DNA of 64,000 nt from a virus. The DNA lies in IMG/VR virus record IMGVR_UViG_3300006046_000001, positions 1 through 64,000 of that record. One strand, given 5' to 3'. A model generated the notes under the pieces. It was not told the origin of the DNA. It made no database searches and saw nothing but the letters and a program-made list of their open reading frames with translations. Positions 22,947 through 30,329 of the stretch are shown piece after piece; position 1 is the first letter of the stretch, and each line of letters opens with the position of its first letter. Position numbers and translations under genes: made by a program.

Positions 22947-25900
22947 TGCGTCGCCGATCCGCCTACAGCCTGAGCTTCGACGGGGTCAACGACTACGTCG
23001 GTGTGACTCCGTTTACGTTTCCGACGACTGGGGCGCTGCATTTCTGGTACCGACCCGACGCGGTCACCGCGGGCACGATTTTGCGAGTAGCTGGGGCTTC
23101 GTCGTCAAAGTTGTTCGACGTCGTGATGTATGGCGGGCAGTTTTATGTCGGTTGGTATGACAGCGGGAATGATGACCGCGTAGTTGTTACTAACCCCAGT
23201 CTGATCGGCCAATGGATTCGCGGTCTTGTGACCTGGGTCAATGGCGGCGATACAAAGCTATGGTTAAATAGCACGCTGGTCGGAACGTCGGCAGTCCTAA
23301 ATGCGACATGGGACACAAGCACCGCTGACGAAATAAACTTTGGCGTTGATAACGTCGGCACTCACTTGATACCGTACGACGGCGACCTAGATGATATATC
23401 GCTATTCGACTTCGTCCCGACGGAGGCTCAGGCTCGCGGACTTGGCGACGGCAGTATCGACCCGCTTGAACTCGCCCCCGTAGCATTGTGGCGATTCGAC
23501 GACGGAGCCGGGACAGCCGCGATTGATTGGAGTGGCAACGCGCAGACCGGCACTGTATCGGGAGCCACCTGGACCAAACGAGTACCGCGATCCTTACGAA
23601 TCAACGGATTGTGGCCTGGGGCATTCCAACCCAACGGACGCTGGCCCGGTGCCGTCGTACCGTTTCCGACGATCCCTATCATCGAAGACGTGACGCCGGG
23701 TAGCTTCGCCGACGCTGACACCGGCGTCATAATCTCAGGTCAGTATTTCCGGGGGCTACAAGGCGTCGGCGGCGGCGTGCAACTGAGCGACAGCCCGATC
23801 TATGGCGGCCCCAACCGCGTCGATCAGGTCATAACAGCCTGGAGCGACAATGCGGTTACGATCACGGTCGATTTCTCGCAGGCGCTGGGTCACACCTTCA
23901 GCCCCGGCGATCCGTGCTGGATCTTCCTGTTCGACGCCGACAACAACGTCAGCAATGCCATCGCGGTCACACTGACGGGCGGCGGCGGAGGAACATTAGT
24001 TGATGTTCCTGCGGCAACACTAGTCCTTAGTACATTTGCTCCTACTGTTCTTACTCCAAGAGTTGTTACTCCAACGGTAACAAACTTAACTCTTGCAACC
24101 TTTGCTCCAGCGATAAAGATAGGACAAGTAGTAACTCCTGCTACTAAAGCTCTTACACTTACCGAGTTTGCTCCTACTGTTCTTACGCCAAGAGTTGTTG
24201 CACCTCCAACTAGAGCACTTACTCTCACAACTTTTGCTCCTACTGTATCTACAAGTGTCCAACCTCCTATCACTTATGAGATGGATCTGTTGGACCGCTT
24301 TACTGGTGGAGCCGTAGCTATATCTGTACACTACACCGACAGTGGGCATATTCCAGTTCAAATCACCGGTGGTAGCGGTAACATCGTCACTAATGGTTCT
24401 GGTAAGGTGTATAGCACTCCAGGATCTGAGGTAGGTTGGTATTACTTCCCCTGGACTCCACAGAATGTAGATCAGCAGGTAACACTCAAGGTAACGAAGC
24501 TATCAGGTAGTCCATTAGTTGCCTTAGGCATTAGTTTACGAACGGACGTAACCACACCTACCCAGTCCGGAGTTAACGGTTACTTAGTACAGTTTGTATC
24601 TGCTGGAGGTGCCGGTGATGGTACATTAGAGATCTACAAGTTTACTGCTGGTGCGTTCGGAAGCCCTCTTGCCTCTAGCTCTTCATTCACATTGGCTGAC
24701 GGCGACACTATCAGTTTCCGCATCCGTGGTTCTGGTACTACCGTTCTAACTGGCTACCACAATGGGTCTTCGGTAGTGACCTATAATGACTCTAGCAGCC
24801 CTTTCACGAATATAGGATTTCCTGGGCTTCGACTCTATATGGAAGGGACGCCTGGAACAGATGGCTGGATGGTTGATCGCATCTGGGGAGAATCTACCAA
24901 GGTCGTTGACGTCATTGCCGAAGCTATCAGTGCAACTAATGAGGTATGTTGGACTTCTAAAGATCAAGCCACAGCCTATGATGTAAACCGCTCTACAAGT
25001 TGGAATGGAAGTTATTCGGTTGTGGGTTCGGCTGTGAGTGGTCCACCCTGGATTGATAGTTCCCCAAGCACTCCATCCTATTACACGGTTACAGCTAGGG
25101 ATGGCGGCGGACAAATATCGGATTCCACTTCCGAACCAATTACGCCTTCCACAGAAGTAGATTCAGGACTAGGTGGAGGAACAATCGCTGTCAGTTCCCC
25201 AACTACTCGTCACAATTTGCTTCTTGAAACAGATGGAACCAAAGTCTATGGAGCAGTTCCTAGCAATCTTGTCTTTAAGCCTGTAGCTGGCCCATTAACG
25301 ATTCATCCTGGTCCTTTCTCAACTATGAGCAAAGTTGATGAATCTTTTGGATCTGGACTGGGAGCACTAACACTAACGGTAGCAGGTTCTGGAACTGCTG
25401 GAGCTACTGGAGGACATCTAACCTACAGCGGTAGTAATACCACCGCAGTGTACCAAGCAGCTGGAGTACACTACAAAGCGCCATGCATGTCACTGGGTTT
25501 TGAGCTTGCAGGCATTACTGGAAAGGTGCGAATTGGCTATGGCGCTGACAAAGACAATGGGATGTTCTTAGAGTACCAATCGGGCACACCAACAGCTAAG
25601 ATTGTATATTATGCGAGTGGTACTCCTACGGATATCATTAGTGCAGTATCGCTTGCCAGTCCAGATGCAGTAGCAATAGAAATCTGTTCGATTGGTTTTG
25701 CCATCTGGCAGAGGAGTTCTGGAGTTTGGGACATTATTGCTAACATCCAGAACGGAATCTACAATCTAGGTGCCGTAGGCAATTCCTTAGCTACTGATGT
25801 TCCCACATTAGTATTCACTAGCTCTGGAACGCTTACGGTTGATCTAACTCATGTTCAGGCTACACTGTTCAATGGCATAGGTAGAGGTAGGCAGTGGTCT

Positions 25901-27466
25901 CCGATTGTGAACCTAGATGGCAGTCCATATTTGGCTGACGGGAAACAATGGATTGCAATTGATCGGACTTCCGCAGCCTATCCGGGCAACTTCGCTGTGC
26001 CGTTCGTGACTCAGATAATGGGCTACGATCCAGCGACGCAGACCTTTGATGAGCCAACGTGTCAAATCACTGCGAAGATAGCCAGCGGAGAAGTATATCC
26101 TACTCAGGATGACAAGTTTGTCTTTGATCACAACCTGAATGGGTTCCACTGCTATCTTATGGATTTTGAGACAAGCACAGGTACGCCGGCTAACACTGTG
26201 CATCCCTGGTACAAGTTCTACTCAGGCAATATACTCCAAGCAGGTGAATTGCATTTTGATGACGCAGCTCTAGTGACACTTCCATCTGGAGTGTCTCCAA
26301 GGTTTATTTATGCTTCTGCGATACTGTACAATAATGGCTACTGGTGGATGTTGGCCACAATCAGCGATCTTGTCAGTTCTTCTACTACCCATGAAGTTAT
26401 CTTACGCGGTAGTGCGCCAGATAACTTTGACACAATCATTTCTGAAGATACAGGACGCACAGGCGAAGAAATCGAATTGCTACTGCTAGGTAGCGAACTA
26501 CATGCTATCGGCGGGGACTATGCAGCAACTGGGCAACTCGATATCTGGAAATGGACTAACGGTACCGATCTGACATTTGAGCGTACCGCCAGCTATCAGA
26601 CTGCAGCAACTGTAGGTGTCGTTCCTCAGACGCCGGCTACTCTCTGGTATGATGACGGTGCAGGTCATGGCATTATTCAGTTGCTAGTCACAGATGATGT
26701 TTACTATCAGGGAGTTGGCTTTGCATTTGGTCGTGGCTACATTTATGAGGCAACATTAGTCCTTGACGGTTGGCAGTTTCCTCAAAGGACTTCATACCAG
26801 TCTGCTACAGTAGTTGTTCCAACAACTCTTTCTCTCACGCTCACTACTTTTGAACCTTCTGTTCTTACTCCAAGAGTTGTTACCCCACCAACTAAAGCAC
26901 TCACACTCACAGAGTTTGCTCCTACTGTTCTTACTCCAAGAGTTGTTGTTCCTCCTACCAAAGCATTAGTTCTAACTACTTATGCTCCAACGGTAGGAAG
27001 TGCAAACAACAAGGTAGTTACTCCTGGTACGGCATCTTTGCTTGTTACTGAGTTTGCTCCTACGATCTCAATAACAGCAAACAAGCTGGTTACTCCAAGT
27101 ACTCTGAACTTAATGCTGAACAGGTTTGCACCTTCCGTTCTTACTCCAAGGATAGTAACGCCAGGAGTTAAGAACTTCACACTTACTAAGTTTGCTCCTA
27201 CAGTTCTAATCCAGGACAATAAGACAGTAACGCCAGGAACTAGCTCTTTAGTTATAGGAGCCTATGCTCCAACTGTTTCTATAACTGGAAATAGAACTGT
27301 TACTCCAGGCCCAATTAACTTGGTGCTAACTGGATATCCTCCAAACGTAGTCGCTACCGGACTGGTGTACCCAGTAATAGTTTCTGGGACCATCCATGTA
27401 AATGATAGTGTGTCAGGGAGCGTTTCTGTCACAACTATGGTGTCTGGATCTGTTGAGTCTCCATAA
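22946..27466 (+). CDS. large tail fibre-like protein with N-terminal LamG/ConA-like domain
   Basis: 1506 aa. SLSFDGVNDYVGV...GALHFWYRPD...LWLNSTLVG is typical of LamG-type lectin domains in phage fibres. Two arrays of FAPTV-LTPRVVTP repeats. Confidence 0.65.
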   Translation: MRRRSAYSLSFDGVNDYVGVTPFTFPTTGALHFWYRPDAVTAGTILRVAGASSSKLFDVVMYGGQFYVGWYDSGNDDRVVVTNPSLIGQWIRGLVTWVNGGDTKLWLNSTLVGTSAVLNATWDTSTADEINFGVDNVGTHLIPYDGDLDDISLFDFVPTEAQARGLGDGSIDPLELAPVALWRFDDGAGTAAIDWSGNAQTGTVSGATWTKRVPRSLRINGLWPGAFQPNGRWPGAVVPFPTIPIIEDVTPGSFADADTGVIISGQYFRGLQGVGGGVQLSDSPIYGGPNRVDQVITAWSDNAVTITVDFSQALGHTFSPGDPCWIFLFDADNNVSNAIAVTLTGGGGGTLVDVPAATLVLSTFAPTVLTPRVVTPTVTNLTLATFAPAIKIGQVVTPATKALTLTEFAPTVLTPRVVAPPTRALTLTTFAPTVSTSVQPPITYEMDLLDRFTGGAVAISVHYTDSGHIPVQITGGSGNIVTNGSGKVYSTPGSEVGWYYFPWTPQNVDQQVTLKVTKLSGSPLVALGISLRTDVTTPTQSGVNGYLVQFVSAGGAGDGTLEIYKFTAGAFGSPLASSSSFTLADGDTISFRIRGSGTTVLTGYHNGSSVVTYNDSSSPFTNIGFPGLRLYMEGTPGTDGWMVDRIWGESTKVVDVIAEAISATNEVCWTSKDQATAYDVNRSTSWNGSYSVVGSAVSGPPWIDSSPSTPSYYTVTARDGGGQISDSTSEPITPSTEVDSGLGGGTIAVSSPTTRHNLLLETDGTKVYGAVPSNLVFKPVAGPLTIHPGPFSTMSKVDESFGSGLGALTLTVAGSGTAGATGGHLTYSGSNTTAVYQAAGVHYKAPCMSLGFELAGITGKVRIGYGADKDNGMFLEYQSGTPTAKIVYYASGTPTDIISAVSLASPDAVAIEICSIGFAIWQRSSGVWDIIANIQNGIYNLGAVGNSLATDVPTLVFTSSGTLTVDLTHVQATLFNGIGRGRQWSPIVNLDGSPYLADGKQWIAIDRTSAAYPGNFAVPFVTQIMGYDPATQTFDEPTCQITAKIASGEVYPTQDDKFVFDHNLNGFHCYLMDFETSTGTPANTVHPWYKFYSGNILQAGELHFDDAALVTLPSGVSPRFIYASAILYNNGYWWMLATISDLVSSSTTHEVILRGSAPDNFDTIISEDTGRTGEEIELLLLGSELHAIGGDYAATGQLDIWKWTNGTDLTFERTASYQTAATVGVVPQTPATLWYDDGAGHGIIQLLVTDDVYYQGVGFAFGRGYIYEATLVLDGWQFPQRTSYQSATVVVPTTLSLTLTTFEPSVLTPRVVTPPTKALTLTEFAPTVLTPRVVVPPTKALVLTTYAPTVGSANNKVVTPGTASLLVTEFAPTISITANKLVTPSTLNLMLNRFAPSVLTPRIVTPGVKNFTLTKFAPTVLIQDNKTVTPGTSSLVIGAYAPTVSITGNRTVTPGPINLVLTGYPPNVVATGLVYPVIVSGTIHVNDSVSGSVSVTTMVSGSVESP
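24011..24256 (+). repeat. intragenic repeat array 1 (4 units of xTFAPTV...VTP)
   Basis: STFAPTV, ATFAPAI, TEFAPTV, TTFAPTV units. The 33-mer TTTGCTCCTACTGTTCTTACTCCAAGAGTTGTT at 24035-24067 recurs at 26915-26947. Confidence 0.9.
26821..27360 (+). repeat. intragenic repeat array 2 (8 units of xxFAPTV...VTP)
   Basis: TTFEPSV, TEFAPTV, TTYAPTV, TEFAPTI, NRFAPSV, TKFAPTV, GAYAPTV, TGYPPNV units. Shares exact DNA stretches with array 1. Confidence 0.9.
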
Positions 27467-27780
27467 TGCAAGAAGTCTATCAGGACGACTATGGCATTGC
27501 TTTTGATGCCTACGCCAGGAGCTCATCTGGTGCGATAGATCTATCTACTGCCCAGAACTTGAATCTCACATTTGAACTTCCTGATGGAAGTGAACTCATC
27601 AAGCCAGCCAGCTATGTCACCGATGGAACAGACGGTGGATTACGTTACGTAGCTGTAACTGGCTTTCTTAGCTTGCCTGGGCTCTGGAGGTATAGAGCGT
27701 CGTATACCAGAGGAGCTCCGATTGGTCTGCATACTGACTGGATTGAGTTCCTTGTCCTCAAGAGTGGGGGTGGGCTATGA
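27466..27780 (+). CDS. hypothetical protein (Ig-like/BppU_N-like?)
   Basis: 104 aa. NLNLTFELPDGSELIKPASYVTDG...RYV weakly resembles BppU N-terminal Ig-like domains. Confidence 0.4.
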   Translation: MQEVYQDDYGIAFDAYARSSSGAIDLSTAQNLNLTFELPDGSELIKPASYVTDGTDGGLRYVAVTGFLSLPGLWRYRASYTRGAPIGLHTDWIEFLVLKSGGGL

Positions 27781-28313
27781 CTATCATAGCTAGCTGGGGA
27801 GCACAAGGAGCCAACTGTTACGTCAGCGTAACAGACGCAAGCTCGTTCATCATGTCTGCAATAGTGTACTCTGCTCCTTGGGTAGATGCAAGCCCACTGC
27901 AGAGAGAAGCAGCTTTGATCTCAGCCAGCAGAGATATTGATAGTTTGCAGTTCCGTGGTGAGAGATACTTCTCTCAACAGAGTATGGAGTGGCCAAGATC
28001 CGATCTGGCCAAATGGCCCTGGAACTTGTCTGTAGCTAACGTCAATGACACGTTGACCAGTTACGAACAAGACAGAATGAAAGAAGCAGTCAAGAGAGCT
28101 TGCTGTCATCAAGCTGTCTTTCTTCTCCAACACACAAGTTCTCCCAACAAGCATCTTGAAGCTATAGCGATGGGAATTGAGGGCTGGTCTGAGACCAATG
28201 GTCCGATGAGTGAATCAGTTCGTTATGGAAAAGGTGCTGGACAAAACAGATCTTCAGACATGATGAAACTTCTTTCTCCTTGGATTGGTCAGCGTAGGGT
28301 TTACCGAAAATGA
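27777..28313 (+). CDS. head-tail adaptor / connector (DnaT-like, gp6-like)
   Basis: WGAQGANCYVSVTDASSFI ... W...SPLQREAALISASRDIDSL matches the 'SYvs..eAd.Y ... aL..At..iD' pattern of phage head-tail connector proteins. Confidence 0.55.
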   Translation: MTIIASWGAQGANCYVSVTDASSFIMSAIVYSAPWVDASPLQREAALISASRDIDSLQFRGERYFSQQSMEWPRSDLAKWPWNLSVANVNDTLTSYEQDRMKEAVKRACCHQAVFLLQHTSSPNKHLEAIAMGIEGWSETNGPMSESVRYGKGAGQNRSSDMMKLLSPWIGQRRVYRK

Positions 28314-28687
28314 GCTTCATGGACATAGCAGCCCGCTTGACGCACAAAGCGCAGTGGGTACGTCCATCTAATGACTCTCCTACAGTTGACAAGTATGGCG
28401 ATCTCACTCAAGCAGACTCGCTGACAGACATTACTACTGTATCATGCTACTGCTATCAGGATTACCAGAACAAGTACAACGCTCCTTTTGTCCTTACCAA
28501 TGCCAATCAGTGGATAGTAGTTCTGCCAAAGGAGAGAACCGACATAGTCGTTGATCAGCAGCTGAGACACATTACTGACAGAGACGGAGTCTTGCTCCTA
28601 TCTGCAGGAAGGATAGTTAGGAGAACGATTCTCAATCATCACAGAGATGGAACTCGAGTAATCTACTGTTTAGTCGAGCCCAACTAG
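28310..28687 (+). CDS. head-closure / head-tail joining protein (putative)
   Basis: 125 aa, follows the adaptor. Layout resembles small head-tail joining proteins. Weak. Confidence 0.35.
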   Translation: MSFMDIAARLTHKAQWVRPSNDSPTVDKYGDLTQADSLTDITTVSCYCYQDYQNKYNAPFVLTNANQWIVVLPKERTDIVVDQQLRHITDRDGVLLLSAGRIVRRTILNHHRDGTRVIYCLVEPN

Positions 28688-28693
28688 GTGCCT

Positions 28694-28867
28694 ATGTTTG
28701 ATCGCATTGTTCTTATCACTCTCGGACTGTTCTGCTTCTTGTTTGGTCTCTTTGCAGTGACCAACATACAGATTGAATGGAGCAAGCCTATCATGGGCTT
28801 TTCAGCTCTTGTGGCAGGAGTGATCTTGCTCATCAGAGCTTTTGTTCCTCAAGCTCCACCTAAGTAA
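28694..28867 (+). CDS. small membrane protein (57 aa, below track threshold)
   Basis: ATG 28694, MFDRIVLITLGLFCFLFGLFAV...ALVAGVILLIRAF with two hydrophobic segments. The stop overlaps the next start (TAATG). Confidence 0.4.
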   Translation: MFDRIVLITLGLFCFLFGLFAVTNIQIEWSKPIMGFSALVAGVILLIRAFVPQAPPK

Positions 28868-29823
28868 TGGTTCTTCCATTTGCTGATTTCAGGACTGCCG
28901 AACTCGTAAGGATCTATACCTCAGCAGCTCGGCAGATTAGTGCCGAGCTTGAGTCCATGGTGTTTGCTTTGGACTCAAGTAGGTATCAGAGATATCAGCA
29001 AATTCTAAGACTTCTTCAAGAGCTGCGGGGAAGAACTCGTGGCTGGACCAACAAGTATCTTGAGGACTTCTTCCAACAAGAACAGAGTAAGGCAATCTAT
29101 CTCCTTGCCAAACATTCTGTTTTTCAAATTGATAGGCTAAAGGATCGCCTTGCGACAAAATCTGTGGCTGCACTGGCGGATAGCCTGATTACAGCCACGG
29201 ATAAAGCCGTCGATTCTGTTAAAAGCCTTGCCACAAAAGTGGTTCAACGCAGGGCTTCTATAGAGAAGAAGCTAGGAGAAGATGTAGTCCGAGAGATAGC
29301 AGAACAGCTAGTTCAGGGAAAGAGCTTTAAGGCTGCTACAGCAAAAGTCCGATCTGTTTTGCAAAGAGAGTTTACTGACGGCATCGTATCTGTTACTGGC
29401 AGAGGTGGAGGAACCTACAGATACTCGTTAGACTACTATGCAGCAATGGTTACTAATCAGACACTTAAGCAAGCATCGAGTGCGGCAGTAATTTCGGCAG
29501 CTATGGAAGCTGATCACGACCTAGTCAGAGTATCTCCTCAACCAAGCATAGTTCCGAAAGGGTGCATCTGCGATATCTATGCTGGCAAAGTGTTCTCTAT
29601 CTCTGGTGAGTCAGACAAGTTCCCAGCTTTAGGAGACACACCCAATGGTGGTCCTCCCTTTCATCCTTGGTGCCGGCATACCCTAGAACCTTTCATATCT
29701 GGGCTTCACTCTGATGAAGAGCTAGATGAGTTTGCAAACGTACCAGAAGAGTTTTTGATGACTGGAGAGAACACGTTTAGCCAGCTCCTTGCTTCAGCTA
29801 GAATGAAAATGGCAGTACGATGA
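28867..29823 (+). CDS. minor head protein, SPP1 gp7 / Mu F-like
   Basis: C-terminal PPFHPWCRHTLEPF resembles the HPNCRC motif of the Phage_Mu_F family. 318 aa. Confidence 0.6.
   Translation: MVLPFADFRTAELVRIYTSAARQISAELESMVFALDSSRYQRYQQILRLLQELRGRTRGWTNKYLEDFFQQEQSKAIYLLAKHSVFQIDRLKDRLATKSVAALADSLITATDKAVDSVKSLATKVVQRRASIEKKLGEDVVREIAEQLVQGKSFKAATAKVRSVLQREFTDGIVSVTGRGGGTYRYSLDYYAAMVTNQTLKQASSAAVISAAMEADHDLVRVSPQPSIVPKGCICDIYAGKVFSISGESDKFPALGDTPNGGPPFHPWCRHTLEPFISGLHSDEELDEFANVPEEFLMTGENTFSQLLASARMKMAVR
29113..29139 (+). promoter_or_regulatory. conserved motif copy inside a CDS (CATTCTGTTTTTCAAATTGATAGGCTA)
   Basis: Matches ATTCTGTTTTTCAAATT of the copy at 40086 over 17 nt, then diverges. 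Lies within the minor head protein gene. Confidence 0.3.
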
Positions 29824-30284
29824 TTAACATTCACTCAGGCATCGGCAAAGGCAAAGCAGAGGACTGGACTGAGATCCTTCAAGTCCTGGAAGGAACTTCG
29901 ATCCGAGTTCAAGAAGCATTACTCCCTACTCTTACAGAGATAGGAAAGCACGTAGTGCAAAGAGCTAGAGAGAATGCTCCACTCTTACGCGGACCTTTGA
30001 GGGAGAAGCTCCGACTCAATCCTGCCAGAATTGCTCGCGGTAAGCTAGTAGTGAATGTACAAGACGCTACTCCCTATGCCTTAAAACAGCATGAGGAGTT
30101 AACTCCAGCTGGACCTCTGCAACTTGGTCCAATATCAAGCCAGCTGCCTGGAACACCAGAAGGTGGTGTAGGTGGTAAGTTCGTTCAGCGAGTCGTGCAG
30201 TACCACCTTGCCACATATGACAAGATGCTGAAGGACGCTTTCAAAAGAGCAATTGGAAGAAAAGAAAGGAAGAAAGGAAGTTAA
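29820..30284 (+). CDS. HK97 gp10-like protein (tail/neck component)
   Basis: GKHVVQRARENAPLLRGPLREKL...VQDATPYALKQHEE fits the gp10 pattern 'a..AP..tG.Lr.si ... Ya..vE'. Confidence 0.45.
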   Translation: MINIHSGIGKGKAEDWTEILQVLEGTSIRVQEALLPTLTEIGKHVVQRARENAPLLRGPLREKLRLNPARIARGKLVVNVQDATPYALKQHEELTPAGPLQLGPISSQLPGTPEGGVGGKFVQRVVQYHLATYDKMLKDAFKRAIGRKERKKGS

Positions 30285-30329
30285 CTCTTCAGATAAAACT
30301 AGGTTTGCACCTAGTATCTGGAGAAAGCT

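Noticed and set aside
24011-27360. Diversity-generating retroelement (template/variable repeat pair) in the fibre gene
   Set aside because: No reverse transcriptase or accessory gene was recognised in the window. The repeats are multi-copy structural units rather than a single TR/VR pair with adenine-specific differences.
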